Virus record (IMG/VR): IMGVR_UViG_3300048574_000548
Location: 1-51,410 of that record
DNA from: a virus
Lineage: Duplodnaviria > Caudoviricetes
Reading direction: 5' to 3' (one strand)
Length of the DNA: 51,410 nt
In this document: one piece after another, positions 17,430 to 27,415 of the stretch
How the letters are laid out: every line of letters begins with the position of its first letter
How positions within the stretch are numbered: the first letter of the stretch is position 1
Made by a program: the position numbers and the translations under genes
The notes under the pieces: model-generated
What the model was told of the DNA's origin: nothing
Databases searched by the model: none
What the model saw: the letters and a program-made list of their open reading frames with translations, nothing else

Positions 17430-19038
17430 GCAGTTTGACGGCTGGATCAATGATGATGATGGGTGGAATCGCTTCATCCGCGACTACCTAGGTGTCACCC
17501 TGGATAAAGAACAAGATGAGGCTATTTACACTATTCGACATAATCCTAAAACAGCCATCGCATCAGGTACCAGCCGGGGCAAAGACTTCACGATCGCCAA
17601 TGCGGCCATTTGCTTCCTTTATCTGACCCCCGAATTTGACGAGAGTGGTAGACTTGTCGGAAATACGAAAGTTATTTTAACCGCACCCACAAGCCGCCAG
17701 GTAAGGGATATCATGCGCCCGGAGATCGCCAGGATATTTAAGAACGCTCCCTATCTACCAGGCCGGTTGGTTGGCAACGATATCCGTATGCCGTATGAAG
17801 AGTGGTTTTTGACAGGTTTCAAAGCGTCAGATCACAATACAGAAGCATGGACAGGTATTCATGCGGTAAATATCTTCATCGGAGTTACTGAAGCGTCAGG
17901 TGTGCAGCAACTCATCTTTAACGGCCTGGAGGGCAACTTGCAGGGTAACAGCCGCCTGGTGATAGTTTTTAATCCAAATATAAATACCGGTTATGCTGCT
18001 GCTGCCATGAAGTCTCCGGAGTTCAAGAAAATCCGGCTTAATTCCCTCAATGCTCCCAATGTTGTTGCAAAGAAGATAATTCATCCCGGACAGGTGGATT
18101 ATGAGTGGGTATTAGGACGGATCAGGGACTGGTGCACCAGGATTGATAAAAAGGATATGACCGATATCGAAGGCGACTTCACTTTCGAAGGTTTATATTA
18201 CCGTCCTAACGATCTTTTCCGTGCAAAGATCCTCGGCCTGTTCCCGAAAGTATCAGAAGGTGTACTTATTCCCCAGGAGTGGATTGAGGCGGCTAATAAA
18301 CGCTGGAAGGAAATGCAAACCGGCAACATCACAACACCACAAGGGGTAAGTGGTACTCCGAGGGAAGTCGCAATGTTGACCAGGCAATTACGTCTCGGTG
18401 TTGACGTCGCCGGCATGGGACGTGATAATACAGTGTTCGCTCCCCGTTTTGGTGATTATGTTGAAGAGTTTGTCTCTTTTAATTCCGGTGGTGAAGCGTT
18501 GCATATGGAAGTTGCCGGCAAGGTCGTAGCAAAAATGAAAAAACATCTCAACACGTTCAATGGCCTGTATCCTCAAGCGATGGTTGATACCATTGGTGAA
18601 GGCGCCGGAACCTTCAGCAGGTTAGTAGAGATGGGTAATACAGAAAAGGGACTGGAATTCCTTAAAGATCGCGTACATAGCGCCAAATACTCCGAAGCAG
18701 CAGAATGGAATGAACAACCGTTAAAAGATGCAAGCAATCAATTTGAATTCCTGAATATGCGCGCCTATCTGCTATGGGCGTTACGCGATTGGCTGGATCC
18801 ACGTTATGGTAGTACGGCTGCATTGCCAGAGGATGATGAGCTGCTTCAGGAAGCGACGGAAATAAAATGGAAGTTCACCAGCAAAGGTAAGATACAGGTA
18901 GAAGCAAAGGAGGATATCAAGAAGCGTCTAAAACGGTCGCCCGATAAGACAGATGCCCTCGCAGAAACCTTCTGGCCGGTTCCGGATGTAGAAGCAAGAC
19001 CAGGTAAGAAGAAGAATATCGCGCATTTCTCTCATTAA
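17404..19038 (+). CDS. terL: Terminase large subunit
   Basis: Deviant Walker A SGTSRGKD, LTAPT, TEASG, FNP, nuclease GVDVAGMGRD, RSPDKTDAL. Confidence 0.92.
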   Translation: MGFPTEVIKQFDGWINDDDGWNRFIRDYLGVTLDKEQDEAIYTIRHNPKTAIASGTSRGKDFTIANAAICFLYLTPEFDESGRLVGNTKVILTAPTSRQVRDIMRPEIARIFKNAPYLPGRLVGNDIRMPYEEWFLTGFKASDHNTEAWTGIHAVNIFIGVTEASGVQQLIFNGLEGNLQGNSRLVIVFNPNINTGYAAAAMKSPEFKKIRLNSLNAPNVVAKKIIHPGQVDYEWVLGRIRDWCTRIDKKDMTDIEGDFTFEGLYYRPNDLFRAKILGLFPKVSEGVLIPQEWIEAANKRWKEMQTGNITTPQGVSGTPREVAMLTRQLRLGVDVAGMGRDNTVFAPRFGDYVEEFVSFNSGGEALHMEVAGKVVAKMKKHLNTFNGLYPQAMVDTIGEGAGTFSRLVEMGNTEKGLEFLKDRVHSAKYSEAAEWNEQPLKDASNQFEFLNMRAYLLWALRDWLDPRYGSTAALPEDDELLQEATEIKWKFTSKGKIQVEAKEDIKKRLKRSPDKTDALAETFWPVPDVEARPGKKKNIAHFSH

Positions 19039-19103
19039 TAAAGCAGAGAAACGCGATCCTGCTTTCTCCTTCCACATGCTTTTTATATGCCGGCATAGTT
19101 TGC
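19036..19103 (+). promoter_or_regulatory. Late promoter box copy 1 (upstream of portal)
   Basis: TAATAAAGCAGAGAAACGCGATCCTGC at 19036-19062; ATAGTTTGC at 19095. Confidence 0.75.
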
Positions 19104-19122
19104 GGTTCATCAATAACCCTCA

Positions 19123-20502
19123 ATGGAACAACTCGAATTTGATGCGCTAAAAACCACCCCTGAATCACTGGTAAAGAAGATCCAGGAAGCCAAGAACACA
19201 TCTGACAAGATAGCAAAGGCGCAAAAAGAGTATCAGCCCTCAACACATGATATCACTGATCCGGCTGTACGGAGAGATAAAATTGTAGAGTCGGATAATG
19301 GTCCGGAGACAGTTCCGGTAGCACGTCTTACTATACCCATGCAGAAGCGTATTGTTGCTCTTGCTGCAGCCTTCCTGGTAGGCAACCCAATAAAGCTGCA
19401 GGCTGCTCCCATCGATCAATTACAAACCGATTTGCTGGCTGTTGTACAAAGGAGCTGGGATGACAATAAACTGGATTACGAAAGTAAGGCCCTGGCCAAA
19501 CTGATGATGGCGGAGACTGAAGTAGCCGAGCTATGGTATACGGAACCAGCAGAACCTGGTTACTGGTTAGGCACTGTTAATGATCCCAATGCCAAGTTTA
19601 GGCTCCGGATGAAGATACTGGCTAACAAGTATGGCGACTCATTATATCCAGTCTACAACAATGCCGGCGACATGATTGCTTTTGGCCGTGGTTATACTGT
19701 TTTAGAAGGCGAAAAGAAGATCGAGCATTTCGATATCTACACTGCTGACAGTGTTTATTCGCTGATCAAGCTGGAAGAGTGGGTAATGACCACAGTGGCC
19801 AATCCAGTGGGTAAGATCCCGGTTATCTACTACAGCCAGGAAGCTCCGGAATGGGATGATGTACAGAGCTTGATTGATCGCTTCGAAAAAGTGATATCGA
19901 ACCACGCCGACACCAACGATTATTTTGTTTCTCCCATGGTATTCGTGGAAGGGGAGATTGAAGGGTTCGCAAAAAAAGGTGAGTCCGGAAAGGTGCTTAT
20001 TGGTAAAGGAGGTGCTAAAGCTGAATATCTGACCTGGGACCAGTCTCCGGAATCGCTGAAGCTTGAAATAAATAACCTTCGTGGCCTTATCCATGACATG
20101 ACTGATACGCCTGATATCAGCATAGAACAAATGAAAGCACTCGGCACCTATTCAGGTATTGCGCTTAAAATGCTCTTCCTGGGTGCCCATTTGAAGGCCG
20201 CAGACAAGGAGGAAATATTCGGTAAAGGTATTCAGCGACGATTAAACTTCCTGAAGTCAGCACTGGCCAAAATCAATGTATCCCTCGAGCAGGGCGTGCC
20301 TATGAAGATCACGCCAAAGTTTGAGTATTTCCTACCCAAAAATGATGAGGAACTTATAACAGTACTCAGTACTGCCACTGGTGGTAAACCCACCATGAGC
20401 ACCAAGACCGCTGTACGTAACAATCCCTTTGTCATCGATGCTGAAGCTGAGTTTGAAGAGATCAAAGCTGAAGGCCTCGACGCCGAAATGCAAATACCAT
20501 AA
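19123..20502 (+). CDS. Portal protein, SPP1 gp6-like
   Basis: FLVGNPI, GKIPVIYY, AEYLTWDQ, SGIALK, LPKN; position after TerL. Confidence 0.9.
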   Translation: MEQLEFDALKTTPESLVKKIQEAKNTSDKIAKAQKEYQPSTHDITDPAVRRDKIVESDNGPETVPVARLTIPMQKRIVALAAAFLVGNPIKLQAAPIDQLQTDLLAVVQRSWDDNKLDYESKALAKLMMAETEVAELWYTEPAEPGYWLGTVNDPNAKFRLRMKILANKYGDSLYPVYNNAGDMIAFGRGYTVLEGEKKIEHFDIYTADSVYSLIKLEEWVMTTVANPVGKIPVIYYSQEAPEWDDVQSLIDRFEKVISNHADTNDYFVSPMVFVEGEIEGFAKKGESGKVLIGKGGAKAEYLTWDQSPESLKLEINNLRGLIHDMTDTPDISIEQMKALGTYSGIALKMLFLGAHLKAADKEEIFGKGIQRRLNFLKSALAKINVSLEQGVPMKITPKFEYFLPKNDEELITVLSTATGGKPTMSTKTAVRNNPFVIDAEAEFEEIKAEGLDAEMQIP

Positions 20503-20504
20503 TC

Positions 20505-20774
20505 ATGACCAACCAAAACAACCGACTAAGAGAGGATCCTTTTGCGCCGCAAAAGAACTTCATCAAAGAGACCCTAAATCCCATCATCAAGGACCTGCAG
20601 GAAAAGTATGTGATCGAAAGCGGTGCAAGGGCAGAGGCAATAATCGACTACCTGGTTAAACTATTTGCCAAGCACCAGGATTGGAAGAATGCACGCCTTC
20701 TTCGGTACACTGTAGACTATTTTAATCTTCAACCTAAACCAAAAGATGAAACCAATCAAATTCAAGGGGCATAA
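20505..20774 (+). CDS. Hypothetical protein
   Basis: Closely spaced ORF. Confidence 0.65.
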   Translation: MTNQNNRLREDPFAPQKNFIKETLNPIIKDLQEKYVIESGARAEAIIDYLVKLFAKHQDWKNARLLRYTVDYFNLQPKPKDETNQIQGA

Positions 20775-21057
20775 CCTGGTCCTGGCTGAAAACCAGCCCG
20801 AGTATCAACCACTGCCAGTTTGCAACGAGTGCACACCTGAAGGATCAATGGTCAGCTGCTGGAAACTATCCTGGAAGGAACGCCTGAAACTGCTCTTTAC
20901 CGGCAAAATATTTTACCGGCAATTGACTTTCGGCAGACCCTTCCAACCGATTCAACCGATGATCAAATGGAAGGAAGGAAAATGTATTAACTGCGGGTCC
21001 ATGATCGGTGACCATAAACATAAGACCAAATACACCTGCCCCAGCAAGCTGAACTGA
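20746..21057 (+). CDS. Conserved phage hypothetical protein
   Basis: AENQPEYQPLP...SCWKLSWKERLKLLFTG. Confidence 0.7.
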   Translation: MKPIKFKGHNLVLAENQPEYQPLPVCNECTPEGSMVSCWKLSWKERLKLLFTGKIFYRQLTFGRPFQPIQPMIKWKEGKCINCGSMIGDHKHKTKYTCPSKLN

Positions 21058-22706
21058 TGCCGGACATCTTTGCACAATACGAACAGTTAAAGAACAAACG
21101 GATCGCTGCTATCAATCGAAGGATCCGTTTGTTCTATGAAAAGGCCATACAGGAAGTGGAAGTGGTACTCCGGTCTGTAAAGTATAACGGCAAGAAGTTC
21201 GATCTAAGCGACTATCCCGTACTTAATAGAAAGGTTGAATCCATTACCAGGAAGCTGCATGAATCTGTTTATGCACTTACTGTGAATGGCATTGAGGACA
21301 TGTGGGACCTTTCCAACAAGAAGAACAATGTGATTGTAGATCACCGGCTGGCAGGTAAACGAATAAAGAAGAATGCCAGGCAGGTGCTGTTTGACCCAAA
21401 CAAGGAGGCGCTGCAGCAGTTCCTGGACCGCAAAGAAAAGGGCATGGATCTCAGCGATCGTGTTTGGAACACGATACAACCATTCAAGCACGAGCTGGAG
21501 CAAACCATTGGTGTAGGCATGGGCATGGGAGAGTCTGCCAAAAGCATTGCCAAAAAGGCAAAGCAATATCTCAATAACCCCGATATGCTTTTCCGGCGTG
21601 TACGTAGTGAAGACGGTGAGCTGCATTTATCGGCCAGGGCCCGGAACTACCATCCTGGCCAGGGTGTGTACAGGAGCAGTTATAAAAACTCCATGCGGCT
21701 GACGCGGACGGAGAACAATATGTCTTACAGGACCAGTGATCACCTACGCTGGCAAAATATGCCGTTCGTGATCGGCATAGAAGTCAGGCTTTCCGGTTCA
21801 CATCCTCGCTATGACATATGCGACCAGCTGAAGGGATCTTATCCAAAGGATTTCAAATTTGTTGGCTGGCATCCACAGTGCCTTTGCAACGCTGTGCCTA
21901 AAATGGTAAGTGATGCTGAGTTTGAGAAGATGGAAGATCAGTTGCTGGAGGGAGATGAGGAGGTTACCTTCCAACCAAAGGGTACGGTAACAAAGCCGCC
22001 GACTGGGTTCAATAAATGGCTTAATGATAACGGTGAAAGGGTGAAAGGCTGGAAGAGTGAACCGTACTGGATGCGGGATAATCCGGAGTATATAGCTAAG
22101 GCAAAAAAGGCTCGAGTACCTGACAACGTATTGGATCGCATTGGAAAGGATGAAAATTACAAAGAACAGTTCGAATGGGCACAGAAGGCTATTGACAGGT
22201 GGAGGTCCGGAGATGCTGCTAAATCCTGGGATCTATCGGGGATTGATGAATATGGGCTTTCTGATACGGAGGCCACACTGATCTATTCTTATACTTCCCA
22301 GGCATACCGTCCATTAAACAGACAGCTAAATAGCGGAAAGGTTTCAGCTCAGACCAGGTTATTTGAAGAAGCGTTGAATGAAGTCCTTGATAAAATTCCA
22401 GTGCATTCAGGAAAAGTTATCCGCCAGTACCTGGTTGAACCTGGTGCTCCGTCAGCGGAATCACTGCTTGAAATTTATAGTAAATCTGAAGTAGTGGTAT
22501 TTGATAGCTTCCTGTCCACCAGTAAAGATTTAAAGTTCAACTGGGACGGGGAGGTCACATATCATATTCAGTCAAAGACAGGAAGGAGTATCAATAAAAT
22601 ATCTGCTCACAGTCATGAGCAAGAGGTGCTGTTCAAATCAAAAACAGCTTTCAAAATTGTTAAGGTAGAGGGGAAGAACGTTTATTTGGAGGAGCTGGAT
22701 GGTTGA
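21057..22706 (+). CDS. MuF/SPP1 gp7-like minor head protein fused to a C-terminal ADP-ribosyltransferase
   Basis: RLTRTE, ICDQLKG, GWHPQCLC; C-terminal YT...YRPLN, VIR, FLSTS, HEQEVLF (R-S-E motifs). Confidence 0.85.
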   Translation: MPDIFAQYEQLKNKRIAAINRRIRLFYEKAIQEVEVVLRSVKYNGKKFDLSDYPVLNRKVESITRKLHESVYALTVNGIEDMWDLSNKKNNVIVDHRLAGKRIKKNARQVLFDPNKEALQQFLDRKEKGMDLSDRVWNTIQPFKHELEQTIGVGMGMGESAKSIAKKAKQYLNNPDMLFRRVRSEDGELHLSARARNYHPGQGVYRSSYKNSMRLTRTENNMSYRTSDHLRWQNMPFVIGIEVRLSGSHPRYDICDQLKGSYPKDFKFVGWHPQCLCNAVPKMVSDAEFEKMEDQLLEGDEEVTFQPKGTVTKPPTGFNKWLNDNGERVKGWKSEPYWMRDNPEYIAKAKKARVPDNVLDRIGKDENYKEQFEWAQKAIDRWRSGDAAKSWDLSGIDEYGLSDTEATLIYSYTSQAYRPLNRQLNSGKVSAQTRLFEEALNEVLDKIPVHSGKVIRQYLVEPGAPSAESLLEIYSKSEVVVFDSFLSTSKDLKFNWDGEVTYHIQSKTGRSINKISAHSHEQEVLFKSKTAFKIVKVEGKNVYLEELDG

Positions 22707-22822
22707 CCCTTTTTCTTCAACTTCTTGTAATCATCCATGGACATAACTTTTCCAGCGCCGGCAGAGTTCATCTTATCGGCAAGCTGCTTTTTTTCTTTTT
22801 CACTTAGTTTCTTCTTATCCAT
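22682..22822 (-). CDS. 46-aa Lys-rich peptide convergent with MuF-ART (not in ORF track)
   Basis: MDKKKLSEKEKKQLADKMNSAGAGKVMSMDDYKKLKKKGQPSSSSK; TACCTTTG 4 nt upstream of the ATG. Confidence 0.55.
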   Translation of the reverse strand: MDKKKLSEKEKKQLADKMNSAGAGKVMSMDDYKKLKKKGQPSSSSK

Positions 22823-22880
22823 TGTGCAAAGGTATCACTTTTTTAATATAGGTAAAATAATGCTGATAGTCAGTTAGTTA

Positions 22881-23267
22881 TCATTGTTTCCAACGCTCCA
22901 GCTCCTTTTGGAGGATATGATATAAAGCTACATCAACAGTCACCTCACAATTTTCAACCCTCTCTATCAGGGAAGCTTCTGAAGGTAATTGCTTAAAATA
23001 CTCTTCAAGATTTCTGAATGGGTTTATCCCAATGGAAAAAAGGTACATGATATCTTGCCTGGAGCAATACCCTGCTGCTGCAACATAAAGAAACCAGGAT
23101 GAGATTCTTTCATAAGATGAATACAAATGAGATGATCTGCAGAGTGCGGAGATGATATCATCCGCTTCTTTAGCTTTATCTGCAGATAACCCGGCTATTA
23201 CATACCTCTGCTCAAAAGAGGGTAATCCAACGTGTTCTTTCATCATTTGTGCAACCATTTCTTTCAT
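22881..23267 (-). CDS. Hypothetical protein (moron operon)
   Basis: Third gene of the antisense operon. Confidence 0.7.
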   Translation of the reverse strand: MKEMVAQMMKEHVGLPSFEQRYVIAGLSADKAKEADDIISALCRSSHLYSSYERISSWFLYVAAAGYCSRQDIMYLFSIGINPFRNLEEYFKQLPSEASLIERVENCEVTVDVALYHILQKELERWKQ

Positions 23268-23277
23268 AAATAGAGAT

Positions 23278-23571
23278 TTAAAAATAGTCCCTGTGGAATA
23301 TATAATAGGGCCTCTTCTCCTTTTTTTGGTTATGTAAATTACCAGCCATCATAATTTCAAATCCTCCCTCAACAGTTATACACCGAGTAAACCGATCAAG
23401 ATCCCAATTTGATTTTTTCCATAAATGATATAGCCAAGATATTTGATGAGCATCCAAAAGAGGAATATTTTTGGCAATCATACTTAGCTGCTCTTTAGTA
23501 AACTGAGTATCTCTTGCCAATTGATCAATATGATCTTCATCCCCAGTACTCATTATTATTTCTTTATTCAT
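23278..23571 (-). CDS. Hypothetical protein (moron operon)
   Basis: AT-rich; ATGA-coupled to the upstream gene. Confidence 0.7.
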   Translation of the reverse strand: MNKEIIMSTGDEDHIDQLARDTQFTKEQLSMIAKNIPLLDAHQISWLYHLWKKSNWDLDRFTRCITVEGGFEIMMAGNLHNQKKEKRPYYIFHRDYF

Positions 23572-23954
23572 AGCTTGAATTTACTCCTTTTCTCCCGATC
23601 CCTTCCAAGCCGGCTTACAAACTCCAGAACAGAATCCTGGTCCACCTTCTTCATCAGTTTCTTTATCCAGCTATCCAGTATAACCTTCTCGTACATCTCA
23701 TCCTTCCCTTGCCTGGCCAGCCTCATTTCATAGATCACCTCATTGATGATGTATTCATACCTGAAGCCAGGGTAGTCAGCAGATTCCTCGATGATCATGT
23801 CGCTGAGCTGAGTGCATACTGCTTCTTTGTGGAATATTCTTAGCCTCACCAGTATGCTTCCAAGAAATGTTTCTGCATTGCCACCATAGTGAATAATGGG
23901 CAGGCAACCAGCGAGCGGATCATCCATCAGTGTATTAACGTTTACGGGCTTCAT
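23568..23954 (-). CDS. Hypothetical protein (moron operon, first gene)
   Basis: TACTTTCG -7-like element 6 nt upstream of the ATG. Confidence 0.7.
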   Translation of the reverse strand: MKPVNVNTLMDDPLAGCLPIIHYGGNAETFLGSILVRLRIFHKEAVCTQLSDMIIEESADYPGFRYEYIINEVIYEMRLARQGKDEMYEKVILDSWIKKLMKKVDQDSVLEFVSRLGRDREKRSKFKL

Positions 23955-23969
23955 AACGGCCGAAAGTAG

Positions 23970-24037
23970 TAATAAAGCAGAGAAACGCGATCCTGCTTTC
24001 TAAAAATATTTCGTGAGAAAGAGCCTATATACTTTCG
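23970..24037 (+). promoter_or_regulatory. Late promoter box copy 2 (upstream of scaffold/capsid)
   Basis: Same 27-mer at 23970-23996; ATACTTTCG at 24029. Confidence 0.75.
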
Positions 24038-24060
24038 ATCAACAAAAGCTCTTTAAACAC

Positions 24061-24756
24061 ATGCTTGATACTTTTAAGGCACGACTCAGGGCAAAAGCAA
24101 AGACCTGGGGCGTGAACCTCTCCACAAAAAGGATAGACGCACTCGCGGATAGACTTCACAAAAAGAATCCTGACTTAACGGACGAAGCTGACCATGATTC
24201 CCGGATTGACGACCTCAACGAAATCACACCGCTTGAGGATATGGCAAAACAGGATGACCGGATTAGAAGCCTGGAAACCAAATCCAAGGCCCAGCCCCCG
24301 AAAAAGGAAGAACAAACCAGTGATGATGACGATGAAGAAGATGACGATGACAAAACCACGCCGGCAAAACCTAAGTCCAAAAAGAATAAAAAGGACGAAG
24401 AGCCACCAGCATGGGCAAAATCATTGATCGCCACTGTTGAAGGATTGTCCAAGGACAAAACTCAGACATCGATTCAGGCCAAGATCGCCACAATGCTCAA
24501 GGATAAGGTCCCTGCAAAATTTTATGCAAAGAGAACCCTTCCGGAAAGCGAAGATGATCTTGATGATTTCATCGCGGAAGTTGAAACCGATTGGACTGAA
24601 TTAAAGCAAGACCAGGTTAACGCCGGGCTTGGTAGTCTCGGTAATCCTGGTGGAGGAGGTGAGAACAATGCTGATAATACATCAGTATCCGATAAAAGTG
24701 TCAGGGCGAACATGGATAAGTTCTTTGCTAAGGACAAGAAAGAGCAGAAAGCTTAA
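24061..24756 (+). CDS. Head scaffolding protein
   Basis: Acidic low-complexity tract, EEPPAWAK, position before capsid genes; the promoter element at 24029 favours ATG 24061 over GTG 24013. Confidence 0.7.
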   Translation: MLDTFKARLRAKAKTWGVNLSTKRIDALADRLHKKNPDLTDEADHDSRIDDLNEITPLEDMAKQDDRIRSLETKSKAQPPKKEEQTSDDDDEEDDDDKTTPAKPKSKKNKKDEEPPAWAKSLIATVEGLSKDKTQTSIQAKIATMLKDKVPAKFYAKRTLPESEDDLDDFIAEVETDWTELKQDQVNAGLGSLGNPGGGGENNADNTSVSDKSVRANMDKFFAKDKKEQKA

Positions 24757-24776
24757 TAATTAAAAAATCATTCGCA

Positions 24777-25352
24777 ATGTCAACCCTTTCTTTTAAAAAG
24801 GAGAGCGCAACCGGAAGCACACCCGTCTTCCAGGCTCAATTTGAAACCGCTCAAGGTGGTTTTACCCTTGACGAATCTGTACTGCCAGCCGGCACAGTAA
24901 TTCCTGCGGGAACAGTCATCGGATTCGACGAAAGCACCCGTAAAGCAAAACCTTTTAAAGGAGGTGTGTTGCAGGCCGATGCTACCAATGTTGCAACAAC
25001 CTATCGCTTGTTGAAGGGCAGCAATGCTGCAATAGAAATGAGTGTAAATCTTGCCGGTGGTACACCACGCGCAATCACAGCAATCGATAAAAGCAACGCA
25101 GATTATGATGAGATCACTGTGGGCACAACCATTGGAGTTGTAGGATCTGCTGGTGCAGTACTCTTTGTTACTGACGATGGATACACTAAGGCCAAAGGTC
25201 TGCTGCGCAATGATGCTACAGTACCTGAATCAGGAGCCACAGAAACGGTTTCTGTAGTGATCCGCGGCACTGTGTATCACCACAGGATCCCGCCTGTTGC
25301 GAAAACAGTGCAGGCGTTAATGCCAACGATCATTTTCAGCGATTCATTTTAA
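24777..25352 (+). CDS. Head decoration/auxiliary capsid protein
   Basis: GGFTLD...VIPAGTVIG; between scaffold and MCP. Confidence 0.65.
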   Translation: MSTLSFKKESATGSTPVFQAQFETAQGGFTLDESVLPAGTVIPAGTVIGFDESTRKAKPFKGGVLQADATNVATTYRLLKGSNAAIEMSVNLAGGTPRAITAIDKSNADYDEITVGTTIGVVGSAGAVLFVTDDGYTKAKGLLRNDATVPESGATETVSVVIRGTVYHHRIPPVAKTVQALMPTIIFSDSF

Positions 25353-25412
25353 GCCCGGTTTTAATCCGTACTCAATAGTTAATCCCTAACCCTCAAAGAA
25401 AAAACTCTTTAT

Positions 25413-26504
25413 ATGGCAACCATTAAGTCGGTTTTTGGCGCGTATGCTGACTCCAAGAACCTTCAATACCTTGTTGATAAAGCTTTGGAAAAGTTCGCCC
25501 CGACCTGGTTCCAGAACTATTTCGATTGGGCACCTCAACAGTTCTCGTTGAATTTCATTACCGTTATCGGTAAGAGCCGTGTGGAAGCAGCTGCTTCTGT
25601 TATTGATCGCGGTTCCAAAGCTCCACTCAGAAGCCGTCAGGCCTTGGAAAAGCTTTCCGGAACAATCCCTCCGATTGCGGAGAAATTTGATCTGGATGAA
25701 ACGCAATTGCGCGATTTCCTCATGCTGAAGCAAATGCCAGGCATTGAGACAGCGGACAACATCATCCAGATGATCACCGACGATGTGCTTAAAGCTGGTA
25801 ATTCCACCAACAAGCGTATCGATATCATGGCTATTGAAGCGGTGAGTACAGGCCAGATCACTCTCACAACCACCAACAACCCGGATGGTGTGATTCTGTC
25901 AAATGCGATTGACCTGCTGATGCCTGATGAGAATTATGTCAATGCATCAGTTGCCTGGTCCAACGCAGCAACTGCAAAACCGATCACCGTTGATTTCATG
26001 GGTATCAAGAATTCTGCATCTGCGAGAGGAATTACGCATGTGAAAGCCCTGATGACCTGGGCCGCCTGGTTCCAGTTCATTGCCACCACTGAAGTAAAAG
26101 ACATGTTCAATGCTTACATCGGTAAAGCAACGAATAAGCTGCTGCCTACACTTGAAGGTGTGAACGAATTGCTGCGCAAGCAGACACTTCCTGAAATCGA
26201 GATCGTTGATGTTTCCATCGGTATTGAAAAGGATGGTAAGATCACGCCTTACAATCCCTGGGAGACAACGAATGTGGCATTCATTCCGGCTGGCAAGCTT
26301 GGAAGGATCCATAATGCCTTTGCGATCGAAGAGACCAACAAAGTGCCGCAGGTCGCATATGCTAAAGCGAACAGGACACTGATCAGTAAATGGGCAGACA
26401 ATGACCCTTATGTAGAATACACAAAGGCGGAGCTGAACGGCATGCCTGGTGTGGATGCAATTGATCAGATTTACCTGCTCTCCAGGACAGCAGCATTTGC
26501 ATAA
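25413..26504 (+). CDS. Major capsid protein
   Basis: 363 aa, AASVIDRGSKAPLRSR, position; lambda gpE-like type. Confidence 0.85.
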   Translation: MATIKSVFGAYADSKNLQYLVDKALEKFAPTWFQNYFDWAPQQFSLNFITVIGKSRVEAAASVIDRGSKAPLRSRQALEKLSGTIPPIAEKFDLDETQLRDFLMLKQMPGIETADNIIQMITDDVLKAGNSTNKRIDIMAIEAVSTGQITLTTTNNPDGVILSNAIDLLMPDENYVNASVAWSNAATAKPITVDFMGIKNSASARGITHVKALMTWAAWFQFIATTEVKDMFNAYIGKATNKLLPTLEGVNELLRKQTLPEIEIVDVSIGIEKDGKITPYNPWETTNVAFIPAGKLGRIHNAFAIEETNKVPQVAYAKANRTLISKWADNDPYVEYTKAELNGMPGVDAIDQIYLLSRTAAFA

Positions 26505-26522
26505 TAATAAGTTCTTTTCATA

Positions 26523-26852
26523 ATGACGAATAAAGAAGCTCTCCTGGCCAAACTGCAGACCCCTGTGTCTGATGCTTCCCTGGAAGTGGCATTGCTTGAT
26601 CGCGGTGTTTCACCTTCAGATCAATATGGTGTATCGGAGATCAAAGGTGTGGAGCTTGCCCTGGTAGACCTTCTTTATTCCTTGTACACCAAACCTGACA
26701 TCAGCGAAGGTGGGTATAGTGTTTCTCATCCTGACTTTCTGCGGAAGGTTAGGGAAAGGATACTTCAACTGGCTACCAAGTATAAACTTAATGACCTGCT
26801 GGAGCAATTGCAGGACCCTACACCCACTGTTAGCAGTAAGAATGTATGGTAA
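26523..26852 (+). CDS. Head-tail adaptor
   Basis: MTNKEAL...PDISEGGYSVS...W; follows MCP. Confidence 0.7.
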   Translation: MTNKEALLAKLQTPVSDASLEVALLDRGVSPSDQYGVSEIKGVELALVDLLYSLYTKPDISEGGYSVSHPDFLRKVRERILQLATKYKLNDLLEQLQDPTPTVSSKNVW

Positions 26853-27415
26853 AAGCAAAGGTCATAGTTATCAGTGAAGCCGAAGCGAACGGAACGGAAG
26901 TATCTATTCCGGAATATGACGGATATGATCTGCTTATCCTTCGCGGTGGTTTTCCAATGGCCAGCAACAAGTACACCAGCCGACCTGGTGGAGGATTTCA
27001 ATTGATCACACCAGGTGACAAGGTCCTCCTTGGAGAAACGTTCGCTGTCTTCGGTCTGCCGGCAGCTTCTGCGGATGGTGTAGCGGCAGTCTATAACGTA
27101 TCGCAATATCCTCACCGGCTTATAGCTATGCAGTATGAATCAGAAGCTGTACAGGATGAAAATGGTGACTGGGTGCCGCAAAATAGTTCTTTGATCGACC
27201 AGGCCTGCAGAGCAGAGCCCAACAGTAAAGGAGGATTTATACCAGTAGCTGACGGAAAAAGTTATCTGTTCGAATGGGTAGTTTATTTACCCCTTCCTGT
27301 CACAGAACTGAAGCTCGGTACTAAAGTAACGATTGAGTGGAACGGTCAGGAGTTTGGTAAAGGCACTGTGCAGCGGTTCAGTCGCGGCCAGTTAAATGCA
27401 CGGATATGGCTGTAA
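26846..27415 (+). CDS. Head closure protein with extra N-terminal domain
   Basis: C-terminal QDENGDWV...CRAEPN...FSRGQLNARIWL; first ~70 aa resemble part of 36346..37710. Confidence 0.65.
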   Translation: MVKAKVIVISEAEANGTEVSIPEYDGYDLLILRGGFPMASNKYTSRPGGGFQLITPGDKVLLGETFAVFGLPAASADGVAAVYNVSQYPHRLIAMQYESEAVQDENGDWVPQNSSLIDQACRAEPNSKGGFIPVADGKSYLFEWVVYLPLPVTELKLGTKVTIEWNGQEFGKGTVQRFSRGQLNARIWL

